Assembly: GCA_028286905.1 (NCBI GenBank)
Contig: JAQBQP010000003.1
Coordinates: forward strand, 23,317-87,316
DNA from: Candidatus Doudnabacteria bacterium
GTDB lineage: Bacteria > Patescibacteriota > Doudnabacteria > UBA920 > VMFF01
Direction: 5' to 3'
DNA length: 64,000 bases
Made by a program: the position numbers and the translations under genes. Position 1 is the first letter of the stretch; each line of letters begins with the position of its first letter. Under the pieces are notes generated by a model. That model was not told where the DNA came from. It searched no databases and saw only the letters and a list, made by a program, of their open reading frames with translations. Shown piece by piece: positions 19,096 through 28,605 of this stretch.

Positions 19096-20918
19096 TACAT
19101 TTTCTCCACGGTTTTAATACCCAGCAAAGCCAAGCCGTGTTGCAAATTATTTGCGACTGCGGCTAACAAATTTAAGCGTTCATTTTTCTTTTGCTCTGAA
19201 TCCGCGCCAAGCACGGAAACCTGATCATAGAAAGTATTGAACTTCGAAGAAAGTTCAAACAAATAATTACAGATTGCGGTAGGACGAAAATCTTTTGCGG
19301 CTGTCGCAACCGTTTCGTTGTAATGCAGCAAGTGTCGAATTAAAGCCTGCTCAGATGGTTCGGTTAAACTGACGGGCGCTAACGCTGTAAATGCGCCGGT
19401 TCCTGCTTCCCGCGCCTTTTCAAAAATACTTTGGATGCGCGCATAAGTGTATTGCAAGTAAGGTCCGGTGTTGCCTTCAATTGCAATCGTCTCTTCTAAA
19501 TCAAAATAAATTTTAGTATTACGGTCATACTTTAAATAACCATATTTAATCGCAGCAAAAGCTACTGCTTCAACTAATTCATCGTCATCTACGCTCGCCT
19601 TAATTTTTTGCGAAGCTTTCATGGTTTCGCGGACGCGCGCTTTAATCATAATTAAAAGATCGTCGGCGCTAACCGCATTACCAAGGCGCGAGGACATTTT
19701 ATTTTTACCTAGAAAAACATGTTCGTAGGGAAGGTGCTTGAAATTTTCTGCCCAAGGAAACTTTAACAGCACGAAGATTTTTCCAAGCACATCAAAGTGA
19801 TAAGCTTGTTCGGCGCTGGTAGTAACAATTGCGACATCCGGATTAAACTTTTCAGCACGCAAAGACCACAAATACATATCTTGGGTAATATAAATAGTTG
19901 TGCCATCTTTACGCAACAAATATTTTTTATCTAAACCTTGATCTGTTAAATCCACCGAAACACTACCATCTTCTTCTTTTTGAAAAACTTTTTCCTGAAC
20001 ACCTTTTAAAACTAAATCGCGGCCTTGATTGTAAATGTTCGATTCTTTTTCAACTTCATCGAATTCCGAACCTTCGCGAGCATAAGTTGCTTTAACGCCT
20101 TCAAAAAACCAATCATTCATTTTTTGCCACAAAGCTCTAGTCTCTGGGTCCCCCGCTTCCCATTTTTGCAAAAGCTCTTGCGCTTCGTTCTCGAGCGGCG
20201 TTGGCTGGGTCTGCACCGCGTGCGGCACGGCAGCATCGGTACTTAAAGTTGCGCTTTCGCTTGGCAACGCTGGCTTATCTTTTATATTTTCTTGTTCAAA
20301 CATTGAATAAAATTTGCCGACGAAATGGTCCGGCTTCAAACCCTCGCTCTGGGGAGTCTTTCCTTCACCATGCTTCATATACATCAGCATGCTTTTCATA
20401 ATGTGAATGCCGCGATCGTTTATTATTTCAGTGGCAATAACTTCATGGCCCGTGACGCGCAGCAAATTTATGTTCGCCATACCGTAAACATCGTTACGGG
20501 TATGTCCAATATGCAAAGGCTTATTTGTATTTGGACTGGAGTATTCGAAAACTACTTTTTTTGATGTACCGTCTGGCTTCTCGCCAATCTGTTCTATTGC
20601 TATATCAGTTTGCATCTCCAAAACGTTCTGTGCTGCTGCGGCGTCTGAAATAAAAATATTTATAAAGCCATTTACGACTTTTATTGTTTTAAAAATTTGT
20701 TTAGAATCTAATTTTTCTAACTCGCGTGCAATTATTTCGGCAACATCGTTCGGCTGGAATTTTCCTTCGCGCGCGATAGCAAGGGAGACGCTGGTGGTGT
20801 AATCACCAAAGTTTTCTTTTGGCACGTCTAAACGAAAATCAGGCAATGCCGTAATTTGCCCGTTTGATAACATTCCGCTTAAAACCTCAGAAATTAATTT
20901 CTGAATATATCTTTTCAT
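19095..20918 (-). CDS. argS: Arginyl-tRNA synthetase.
   Basis: HIGH motif (PLHIGHTRN), class I Rossmann fold, C-terminal anticodon-binding domain ending ...VEKM; size 607 aa. Confidence 0.9.
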   Translation of the reverse strand: MKRYIQKLISEVLSGMLSNGQITALPDFRLDVPKENFGDYTTSVSLAIAREGKFQPNDVAEIIARELEKLDSKQIFKTIKVVNGFINIFISDAAAAQNVLEMQTDIAIEQIGEKPDGTSKKVVFEYSSPNTNKPLHIGHTRNDVYGMANINLLRVTGHEVIATEIINDRGIHIMKSMLMYMKHGEGKTPQSEGLKPDHFVGKFYSMFEQENIKDKPALPSESATLSTDAAVPHAVQTQPTPLENEAQELLQKWEAGDPETRALWQKMNDWFFEGVKATYAREGSEFDEVEKESNIYNQGRDLVLKGVQEKVFQKEEDGSVSVDLTDQGLDKKYLLRKDGTTIYITQDMYLWSLRAEKFNPDVAIVTTSAEQAYHFDVLGKIFVLLKFPWAENFKHLPYEHVFLGKNKMSSRLGNAVSADDLLIMIKARVRETMKASQKIKASVDDDELVEAVAFAAIKYGYLKYDRNTKIYFDLEETIAIEGNTGPYLQYTYARIQSIFEKAREAGTGAFTALAPVSLTEPSEQALIRHLLHYNETVATAAKDFRPTAICNYLFELSSKFNTFYDQVSVLGADSEQKKNERLNLLAAVANNLQHGLALLGIKTVEKM

Positions 20919-20955
20919 ATCGTTAATTATAGCATAAACTATGGGCAGAGCTTAT

Positions 20956-21024
20956 CTTAGAACCTTATCCACTTTGTCCCCAGGCAGGCCCGGGGTAAAG
21001 GGCTGCGCCCAAGGGTGAACCTCG
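20956..21024. repeat. REP-like repeat, orientation B copy between argS and smpB, abutting the smpB ATG.
   Basis: ccttatccactttgtcccc...gggctgcgcccaagggtgaacctcg is co-linear with 58355-58432. Confidence 0.6.
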
Positions 21025-21459
21025 ATGAAAACATTAGTAAACAACCGAAAAGCATATTTTGACTTTGCGATCAGCGATGAAATAATCGCTGGTTTAGTTT
21101 TGACCGGACCAGAAGTAAAAAGTTTGAAGGCTGGACAAGCATCGTTGAAGGGTGCTTACGTTACAATTCGTAAAGAAGAAGCCTATCTAACCAAAGCACA
21201 TATCACTCCTTATAAGTACGCCGCAGATAAAAATCCAGACCCAGACCGTGATCGCAAACTTTTATTAAATAAAAAAGAAATTGCTTCCCTAATTGGAAAA
21301 GAGAAAGGCAGCGTCATGATGCCATTAGAAATTCTCCAAGGCCATCGCGGGTTGATCAAGTTAAAAATTGGCATCGGCAAGGGCAAGAAAAAATATGATA
21401 AGCGCGAATCAATCAAGAAGCGCGAAATTAACAGAAGAATATCCAGACAAGAAGATTAA
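21025..21459 (+). CDS. smpB: SsrA-binding protein SmpB.
   Basis: NRKAYFDF...GPEVKSLKAG... core and a basic C-terminal tail. Confidence 0.9.
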   Translation: MKTLVNNRKAYFDFAISDEIIAGLVLTGPEVKSLKAGQASLKGAYVTIRKEEAYLTKAHITPYKYAADKNPDPDRDRKLLLNKKEIASLIGKEKGSVMMPLEILQGHRGLIKLKIGIGKGKKKYDKRESIKKREINRRISRQED

Positions 21460-21529
21460 TCCCGCACATGGCAGCACGCCGAACGCGGGATTTTATTTTT
21501 CTTTAATCCCCGTGCGCTAAAATTATCGA

Positions 21530-22063
21530 ATGAATACGAAATTATTTCTGACTCTTTCTCTGATTTGCGGATTAGTTTTTTATGATGATTTTAATCAGCG
21601 GCAAATAACTGCTAATAACCAATATGCCCAGACGTCTGTTTACTACTCTCAAACTTCGCATAGCGATGAACAAATAGTCAAAACGATCCAGGCAGCACAC
21701 AGCTATGTTTATTTTGCTATTTATACCTTAACCAAACAAAATATTGTTGATGCGCTAATCGCAGCAAAACTTCGAGGGGTAGATGTCAAAGGATTGGTAG
21801 ATTTTAATCAAAGCACAATCCCTCAAGAGAAACCTTATGTCGCCAAATTGAAAAAATATGGCATCTCGTTAAAGATTCCGCTTAAGCCTTCCGGGTTAAT
21901 GCATATAAAAATGCTGGTGACTGACAACACCTATGCTTCTGGCAGTTTTAATTGGACAACCTCGGCCACTAGCTACAACGACGAAGTTCTAGAAATCGGC
22001 AGTGTCAAAGGAATTCACGATCAGTACTTAAAAATCTGGCGAACACTAGACGCCAAATACTAA
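21530..22063 (+). CDS. Secreted phospholipase-D-superfamily (Nuc-like) nuclease or phosphodiesterase.
   Basis: Signal peptide; HKD motif HIKMLVTD...GSFNWTTSA. Confidence 0.7.
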   Translation: MNTKLFLTLSLICGLVFYDDFNQRQITANNQYAQTSVYYSQTSHSDEQIVKTIQAAHSYVYFAIYTLTKQNIVDALIAAKLRGVDVKGLVDFNQSTIPQEKPYVAKLKKYGISLKIPLKPSGLMHIKMLVTDNTYASGSFNWTTSATSYNDEVLEIGSVKGIHDQYLKIWRTLDAKY

Positions 22064-22145
22064 TACCAACATTCAATTCCAACTCCGCTCATTGTCATAG
22101 CCTAGTTCTATCATTATAATAGAGTAAAGAATAATAATTTGGAGT

Positions 22146-23492
22146 ATGAACAATAAAATCAAGGTTTCAATCAAAGCAAATATCAGCCATCTAAACAGTC
22201 GTGAACGCGAGCTTCTAGCTGTTTTAAAAAAGGTGGTTTTACTAGTAAATCCGCTATACCAAGAACAAAAAAACAAAGGTTCTTATCCAGCAGATCTTAC
22301 GGTGGAAGAATTTGAAAGTTACGTTCAAGCAAACCCTAATCAAAAAGCGGCTTTAGAAAGCCCTTTCACAAATATTGTTCGAGATGGCGAAGCGCTTAAG
22401 GCGATACCCTATTCTGAAGTTTACAAAGAACATTTGGAAAAGATTGCTGCGGTTTTAATTCACGCTTCAGAACTTAGTGATAATGAACCATTCAAATATT
22501 TTCTAAAAATGCGCGCAAGCTCTTTTCTTACTAACGACTACCATCCGACAGATATTCAATGGGTTCATTTGCTAAATACTCCCTTGGAATTAACAATTGG
22601 GCCATTGGAAGAATACGACGACACTTTATTAGGAATTAAAAGAAGTTTTGAAGCAATTTTGGGCATTGCTATTCCTGAAGAGAATCAACGCTTAAAAATG
22701 TACCAAGAATTAGCCCGCGATTACGACGCCAGTCTTGCGCGAGAATTTGGATATAATCCAAGTGGCGGCAACACCCCAATGGTTATTATCGATGAGGTCA
22801 GTGCCGGCGGATACTCAGCAGATCGTTATATTCCAACTGCATTTAACCTACCTAACGATATTTTTATTCGCCAATCAGTTGGCAGCAAACAGGTTTTTAT
22901 TAGAAATGTGATGTCCGGCCGATTTAGCATCACCAAACAAATCGCTGAAAGAATTGCAGTTCGATATATTGAAAGAATGGATCCAGAAAAAATGCTGCAG
23001 TTTGTGATTGGACACGAACTCAGCCACGGTCTTGGCGTCTCAATGAAAAATGGATTGAAAGATTTGGCTTCAACTTTAGAAGAAGCTAAGGCTGATGTGC
23101 TCGGAGTAATGTTTATGTACTATATAGAAAAAATTGGCAAGCTTCCTGCAGGAACCGCAGAAGATATTGCGATCAGTCATTGTATTGATAGTATCCGTCA
23201 AATTTACCGCGACTCCGAAGGGGCGCATGGTTTCGGCGCAGTAATGCAATTGAACTGGTTAATTGCAAAAAATGCTTTAGCTTTAAACAATGGCGAAATG
23301 GTCTTTAATTTAGAACTGCTATCTCCTGCCTTACACGAACTAGGACAGCAACTAATCAGGCTTGGTACCGGAGGTGACTATAATAAAGCTAAGGAATTTG
23401 TAACTAAATGGGGTGATAAAATTCCTGGAATTTCCGAAGTAATCAAAAAGATCGCCGACGTCCCTACGGATCTAGAACCAGTATTTGAATAA
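22146..23492 (+). CDS. Putative zinc metallopeptidase, M49 (dipeptidyl-peptidase III)-like.
   Basis: HELSHG (HExxGH-like) followed ~20 aa later by EEAKAD (cf. M49 EECRAE). Confidence 0.45.
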   Translation: MNNKIKVSIKANISHLNSRERELLAVLKKVVLLVNPLYQEQKNKGSYPADLTVEEFESYVQANPNQKAALESPFTNIVRDGEALKAIPYSEVYKEHLEKIAAVLIHASELSDNEPFKYFLKMRASSFLTNDYHPTDIQWVHLLNTPLELTIGPLEEYDDTLLGIKRSFEAILGIAIPEENQRLKMYQELARDYDASLAREFGYNPSGGNTPMVIIDEVSAGGYSADRYIPTAFNLPNDIFIRQSVGSKQVFIRNVMSGRFSITKQIAERIAVRYIERMDPEKMLQFVIGHELSHGLGVSMKNGLKDLASTLEEAKADVLGVMFMYYIEKIGKLPAGTAEDIAISHCIDSIRQIYRDSEGAHGFGAVMQLNWLIAKNALALNNGEMVFNLELLSPALHELGQQLIRLGTGGDYNKAKEFVTKWGDKIPGISEVIKKIADVPTDLEPVFE

Positions 23493-23568
23493 TTGAAAAG
23501 CGAGGAGCGGTGCGCTTCGCTTCGGCGTAATTCTAGCTTGCAGCCTCCGACTGCTAAGCAAAGGGAAT

Positions 23569-23612
23569 TAAAAAACGGCATCTGCCTCTTTCGAGACAAA
23601 TGCCGTTTTAAT
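23569..23612. terminator. Bidirectional terminator between the M49-like gene and the csp gene.
   Basis: aacggcat...atgccgtt stem with A/T runs on both sides. Confidence 0.6.
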
Positions 23613-23616
23613 ATAC

Positions 23617-23811
23617 TTAGTCACGCTTTACGTTGACAGCGTTAAGGCCCTTTTCGGACGTTTCCACTTCAAAGCTAACGTTATCGCCTTCGTGTAGTTC
23701 ATCGAACTGCACGCCGACTAATGATTTGCTGTGGAAGAACAAATCTTTTTGTCCTTCAGCAGCGATAAAGCCAAATCCGTTTGGAGCTAGCTTTTTGATT
23801 GTACCAGTCAT
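23617..23811 (-). CDS. csp: Cold-shock domain protein.
   Basis: GFGFI RNP1-like motif; 64-aa OB-fold pattern. Confidence 0.85.
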   Translation of the reverse strand: MTGTIKKLAPNGFGFIAAEGQKDLFFHSKSLVGVQFDELHEGDNVSFEVETSEKGLNAVNVKRD

Positions 23812-24119
23812 TGTTTTTGATGCTTAGCGAGTAAAATGCAAATTTAAATTGGTTTGCGAGAAACTCGACTAATTTCTAACCACAAGTGTTTTGCTTCCCA
23901 AGCATGACAGATATTGCCTTTTATGTCAATGATCTTTTCTTGGCATTATCACCAATCTACCCTTGATTTAATCCATAATTTGTTGTATGATGAGCACATC
24001 AAATTCCCAGGAGGATATACAGAAAAGGAAAGAAGGTTCAGAAAGAAACGAAGCGCAGGAACGAAGCGGTCCAAGCCAACCCGGCTAGGACTTTCCATCC
24101 GAACCACCGGAACCTGATC

Positions 24120-24992
24120 ATGCAGACTCGACACACCGCACGTCTCAAGGCGATCGCAGCAACGATCGCTTTCGCAGTGATGGCCCTGTTCAGCTCAGCT
24201 GCCACGCTGGCCGCGCAGAACACCATCGTCACGCCGTCGAATCCGCAGGGATGGGCGGCGAACAGCATGTCTGGCGCGGCGACCGTTGGCATCACCAACG
24301 CGTTCCCGTTCAACGGAAACGGTTCGGTGGAGTTTACCAGCACCGGCCCCGCCGACCGTGCCCGCTGGCAGTTGGATCTCAGCCAGAACCTGCAGTCACT
24401 GGCGAACCTGGACAGCATCGGCATGAGCATGTTTCAACTGTCCAGCAACACCGGCAACCATGCGATCGTTCCGGCGATGAAGGTTCTGATCTATGACCCG
24501 CTCAACGCCCACGGCGTCTTCTTCACCGAAATGACCTGGGAATGGTATCTGAACAACCCCACGGGCACGTTCGCGGTGGACTCCTGGACCGGCGTCGACC
24601 TGATCAATCAGAACTGGTGGATCTCGCAGCTCGGCGGCAACCACACCAATGCCGACTGCAGCACCGGCTCGAACAGCGATCCGAACAGTCCGTTGGCGCT
24701 GGCGACCATCTCGCACTGGTCGAATACCTGCTATTCGCCAAGCGCGAAGTTCTACGCGATCGCAGCGGCCGCAGGCAGCGGCTGGACGGGCACCAACATC
24801 TTCGGAGTCGATAACGTCTACTACCAGGTGCGCGGCTCGTCGTTGTATTCCGCGAACTTCGAAGTCGCTGGATCGACCACCACTGCTCCGGAACCGGCAA
24901 CCTTCGGGCTGACCGCCACCGGCATCCTCAGCATGATCGGCGTCGGCGGAAACCACAGGCGTCGGCGTCGGAAGGCCCTCAACCCGGTCTGA
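24120..24992 (+). CDS. Secreted PEP-CTERM domain protein on a high-GC island (~60% GC).
   Basis: Cleavable signal peptide; C-terminal PEP motif (TAPEPATFGL) + TM helix + Arg cluster (HRRRRRK). Sharp compositional break from neighbours. Confidence 0.6.
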   Translation: MQTRHTARLKAIAATIAFAVMALFSSAATLAAQNTIVTPSNPQGWAANSMSGAATVGITNAFPFNGNGSVEFTSTGPADRARWQLDLSQNLQSLANLDSIGMSMFQLSSNTGNHAIVPAMKVLIYDPLNAHGVFFTEMTWEWYLNNPTGTFAVDSWTGVDLINQNWWISQLGGNHTNADCSTGSNSDPNSPLALATISHWSNTCYSPSAKFYAIAAAAGSGWTGTNIFGVDNVYYQVRGSSLYSANFEVAGSTTTAPEPATFGLTATGILSMIGVGGNHRRRRRKALNPV

Positions 24993-25040
24993 AGAAGACG
25001 GGCACCGGCAGTAGCTTCTTGCTTTTCTATAGTACCCGCG

Positions 25041-25087
25041 AAACCGGGGGCCAGCACATCTGCTGTCCCCCGGTTTTCCCTTTTATC
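25041..25087 (+). terminator. Terminator of the PEP-CTERM island gene.
   Basis: aaccggggg...cccccggtt stem followed by ttcccttttat. Confidence 0.65.
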
Positions 25088-25177
25088 TAGTATTCGTTAG
25101 CACCTTAGTTATAAAATTATCTATATATCTAAATAGCAATATCCTGTAAACTTAAACTGTGCAATTAAAAAGAACTT

Positions 25178-25954
25178 ATGCAATCTAAAAATAACAAATT
25201 TTTTAGCGCCGTTATGGCAATCGCGGTAATAGGCGTTTTATTTTTTTATTATAAACATCGCGCAAATCAAAGCGCGGCACTTGTACCGGAACAGCTGACA
25301 ACAAATTCAATTCCTGAAACACCCGCAGTGCCGTCCCAAAATAATTCCGGGAATCCTACGACAAGCAATCCCCCCGCAACAAACCAAGTGTTATTAAAAA
25401 TACCTTTTACTTCTCAAGCGCCTACCGGCAATTGGGATACTTTGCATAATGAAGCCTGCGAAGAAGCGGCTGCAATAATGGCAAACGCTTATTTAACCGG
25501 CGACACCCGAGCAACTTTACCAGCCTCCGAAGTTGAAAAACAAATCGGTACTTTGACCGATTGGCAGCAAAAAAACTTTGGTTATAATTTAGATACTACT
25601 GCTGCAGAAACCGCAAAATTTATTGAAGCAGTTTATGGGCTTAAAACAAAAATCGTTTCAGACTACACTGAAAGCGATTTAAAAATGGAATTAGCGGCTG
25701 GGCATCCAGTAATTTTGCCCGTTAACGGCCAACTGATCGGCAATCCGTATTACAAACAACCGGGACCAATTTACCATATGCTTTTAGTTCGCGGCTATAC
25801 AGCGACTAAAATTATTACCAATGATTCTGGTACCAGGCATGGTGAAAATTATTTATATAGCTTTAATACCTTAAGCAATGCTGCCGCGGATTGGAATCAT
25901 TCTACTAATACTATTGATAGTTCAAAAAAAGTAATGATTGTCGTTTATAAATAA
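25178..25954 (+). CDS. Membrane-anchored papain-like (C39-like) cysteine peptidase domain protein, paralog 1.
   Basis: N-terminal TM; Q...C (NEACEEAAA), His (YHMLLVRGY) and Asp/Asn (ITNDSG) triad arrangement. Confidence 0.5.
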   Translation: MQSKNNKFFSAVMAIAVIGVLFFYYKHRANQSAALVPEQLTTNSIPETPAVPSQNNSGNPTTSNPPATNQVLLKIPFTSQAPTGNWDTLHNEACEEAAAIMANAYLTGDTRATLPASEVEKQIGTLTDWQQKNFGYNLDTTAAETAKFIEAVYGLKTKIVSDYTESDLKMELAAGHPVILPVNGQLIGNPYYKQPGPIYHMLLVRGYTATKIITNDSGTRHGENYLYSFNTLSNAAADWNHSTNTIDSSKKVMIVVYK

Positions 25955-26630
25955 AAACATAACGATGCCAAAAACAAACATCACTAAAACTATATTAATA
26001 ATTGCGCTAGGTCTAGCGATCGGAGCAATTGCTTACAATAAAATCCATCCGAAAGCCCTAGCTCAAAGCATTACATTAGCGGTTCCTTTTAGCGCCCAAG
26101 CCCCGAATGGGAATTGGGATCGAAATGAAGATTGCGAGGAGACCAGCATTACTATGGCAAATGCTTATTTAACCGGAACAACCGAAGACAAACTTCCTGC
26201 AGATGCGGCACAGCAAGCGATTAACAATCTTAAAAGCTGGGAACAAAAAAACTTAGGATATAACGCAAACACTGGTGTAGATGCTACCACTAAAATGGCA
26301 GCGGGGGCATTTGGTTTAAAAATTAAACCGCTGGTTAATTTTACAGAAAATGATTTAAAAACAGCTTTGTCGGATAACAAACCGATTTTACTTCCAATCA
26401 ACGCTCGACAATTAGGCAATCCAAAATACCAGGACACTGGACCGCTTTACCATATGATTGTTTTGCGCGGATATGATGGAGATAATTTTATCGTCAATGA
26501 TCCAGGCACTGAAGGCGGTGATGGCAATAGCTACACTTTTAGCATTCTGAAAAATGCTGCCGCGGATTGGAATCAAACAACCAAGTCGATGGATGCGACA
26601 AGAAAAATAGCGTTGATCGTTTCCAAATAA
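25938..26630 (+). CDS. Membrane-anchored C39-like cysteine peptidase domain protein, paralog 2; overlaps the end of paralog 1 by 17 nt.
   Basis: Same motif set (NEDCEETS..., YHMIVLRGY, IVNDPG). The two proteins are clearly homologous over ~200 aa. Confidence 0.5.
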   Translation: MSFINKNITMPKTNITKTILIIALGLAIGAIAYNKIHPKALAQSITLAVPFSAQAPNGNWDRNEDCEETSITMANAYLTGTTEDKLPADAAQQAINNLKSWEQKNLGYNANTGVDATTKMAAGAFGLKIKPLVNFTENDLKTALSDNKPILLPINARQLGNPKYQDTGPLYHMIVLRGYDGDNFIVNDPGTEGGDGNSYTFSILKNAAADWNQTTKSMDATRKIALIVSK

Positions 26631-27167
26631 TTAATCTTTGAAAACAATTGGGATGCTAATTTTGTTTGTATCGCTACCATCTTTTGCGGATGCTTCGTAA
26701 ATTTCTACAGTACCTTTTGATGTTGAAGGTTTTAGATAAACAACGCTTTTAGAAAATGGGTAGAGCTTGTCATATGCGCCGGAAGCCATCGTTGTAGTTT
26801 CTGCTAAGACTTTGCCGGCATCATCTTTGATTCTAATACTAACCACCGCTTCAAAAAAGTTTGCTTTTCCAGAAACAATTACAGGACTTTTAATTTCTTG
26901 ATATGGTGTTGGCGTATAAAGTGCGGCAACGTTATTAGAATTAGAAACGGCTGGCTGGCTGGAAGTATTTGTAACATTCACCGGAGGAATTTCTGGAGTT
27001 TGTTTTTTATTATCAACCCAAAGCACTACACCAACCAGAACTACGACAATTAGAATAATAAACCCAAGATATTTTTTCATAACCAGATAATAGCATAAAA
27101 AATGGCGCAAAAAAAGACGTTCCCTCAAACGTCGATTATTCTTATCTAAACGAAAAGCGCTCGCCAC
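26631..27167 (-). CDS. TM-anchored secreted hypothetical protein. Likely true start is MKKYLGF at ~27077.
   Basis: N-terminal TM helix, beta-rich ectodomain. Confidence 0.45.
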   Translation of the reverse strand: MASAFRLDKNNRRLRERLFLRHFLCYYLVMKKYLGFIILIVVVLVGVVLWVDNKKQTPEIPPVNVTNTSSQPAVSNSNNVAALYTPTPYQEIKSPVIVSGKANFFEAVVSIRIKDDAGKVLAETTTMASGAYDKLYPFSKSVVYLKPSTSKGTVEIYEASAKDGSDTNKISIPIVFKD

Positions 27168-27224
27168 AATTGCAGCGAGCGCTTTAGTAAGCCTAGTGAC
27201 CTTGTTATACTTCCTCCTCTCGAA

Positions 27225-27866
27225 CTACTCCGGGTTCTTTGCAGCGTAAGACTTCAGTTCTACCGAATCGCGCTGATAGCTGTGGTAGGCAACCCGCAGC
27301 TCATTGACGTGCAGCTGCTCCAGGGTATTGAGCTTGGTGCGATATTCCATTCGCGCCGAATCAACAACTCGAAGATACCCTGCGATTTCTGGCACGCTTT
27401 TCTCCAAAGCGACGTGCTGTTCATAAGCTGCCGCTTTCTTCGCCCGGATCCACTTCGCGTAGGACTTCGGCACTGCCTGTTTCAGCTTTGCAAGCTGCGC
27501 AGTATCGAAGTCAGCAAAGCTTTGCCAAGCAGAATCCAGTTCCTGTTGCAGCTGCTTGGTGAGCATCTGGCTTAGCTGCTCAAACCGATGCTCGGTCTGA
27601 ATTCGAAGCCTTTCGTATTCAGCCCGCGAATGGATATTGTTGGCATCGATCACATTCGCGACAACCACGGTAGGGGTAAATGTCACTACCGGCGGCGTTG
27701 GCGATTGTGCTCCAGAAGAAAGATCCTTGCTGCAAGCGCAAACGACCCCAAGAACAGTGCAAAATTTCAAGAGATACGCCAGTCTATTCATACCGACCCC
27801 CGTCAAAGTTTTCCGTATGCAATGCAGCGGATGTACTAAATTAACATGAGCAAAAGCTTTGGTCAA
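27225..27866 (-). CDS. Putative lipoprotein, GC-elevated island gene.
   Basis: Lipobox-like LGVVCAC; followed by a GC-rich terminator at 27146-27186; composition differs from flanks. Confidence 0.45.
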   Translation of the reverse strand: MTKAFAHVNLVHPLHCIRKTLTGVGMNRLAYLLKFCTVLGVVCACSKDLSSGAQSPTPPVVTFTPTVVVANVIDANNIHSRAEYERLRIQTEHRFEQLSQMLTKQLQQELDSAWQSFADFDTAQLAKLKQAVPKSYAKWIRAKKAAAYEQHVALEKSVPEIAGYLRVVDSARMEYRTKLNTLEQLHVNELRVAYHSYQRDSVELKSYAAKNPE

Positions 27867-27945
27867 GCCAAATGCATTGATTGGCTATTATTGCGGTTAG
27901 CTGCTAAGCTCAATGGATAGCTTAGTATTCACGAAAGGTAACGAT

Positions 27946-28053
27946 ATGTTAGACGAACAAACTACTCCGGCTGCAGAACCAGCTAAGACAGAAACACCTA
28001 CAGAAGATCACGCTAAACAAGTTGGCGCTAAAACTGAAGACAACGCTGCCTAA
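27946..28053 (+). CDS. Possible 35-aa acidic small protein (MLDEQTTPAAEPAKTETPTEDHAKQVGAKTEDNAA), not in the ORF track.
   Basis: AAAGGTAA SD-like sequence 7 nt upstream; immediately followed by a strong terminator. Confidence 0.25.
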   Translation: MLDEQTTPAAEPAKTETPTEDHAKQVGAKTEDNAA

Positions 28054-28054
28054 T

Positions 28055-28090
28055 AAAAATACCCCGGCCATATGGTCGGGGTATTTTTTT
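28055..28090. terminator. Bidirectional terminator (ataccccgg...cggggtat + T7).
   Basis: Seen directly; follows the 35-aa small ORF (+) and the YggT gene (-). Confidence 0.7.
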
Positions 28091-28129
28091 AAATCCTTAT
28101 TAGTTGCCAACGGTATTACAGAAGAAACA

Positions 28130-28483
28130 TTATTCTTGACTGTTCAACTTTACCGCAGCTTCAGGAGTAGAAACGCTTTTGCTCATCAAGAACATTCTTA
28201 CAATTCCCCAAGCGATCAACCAATAAACCAACATCGCTAAAATTGTAGTCCATTCAAAGACACTGCCAGCAACTTTAGTAATTCGGAAGACGCTTAAGAA
28301 TGGCGCTGCAAATGGGTAAGATGCGTTGTAAATAAAACTAGTAAAACCAGCATTAGGATTTGCACCTAATAATTTTAGAACAAAGCGGAAAGCAAGCAAA
28401 ACTTCTAAAATTCCAAGAATGTACCAAACTACTTGAGTACCTCGGTACAAGGGCTTAGTTGTTGGGGAGGAATATGAATCCAT
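28130..28483 (-). CDS. YggT-family small membrane protein.
   Basis: 117 aa, two TM segments with the YggT-like conserved W/G/R pattern. Confidence 0.5.
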   Translation of the reverse strand: MDSYSSPTTKPLYRGTQVVWYILGILEVLLAFRFVLKLLGANPNAGFTSFIYNASYPFAAPFLSVFRITKVAGSVFEWTTILAMLVYWLIAWGIVRMFLMSKSVSTPEAAVKLNSQE

Positions 28484-28605
28484 AAATTTATTTCTTTTTA
28501 TAATGATTAACTACTTTCATTTTATACTCCCAGGCCAAAATGACTAGTAGCAATTGATCATATCTTTTGCTCAAAATTTAGGATATTTTTTGTACTTTAG
28601 TACAG

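Noticed and set aside
24038-25057. Multiple antisense or overlapping ORFs in the high-GC PEP-CTERM island (e.g. 24038..24430-, 24396..24956-, 24604..24900-, 24251..24496+, 24542..24814+, 24649..24912+).
   Set aside because: They are Arg/Pro/Ala-rich translations typical of shadow frames in GC-rich DNA. Only the + strand ORF has a signal peptide and the PEP-CTERM domain.
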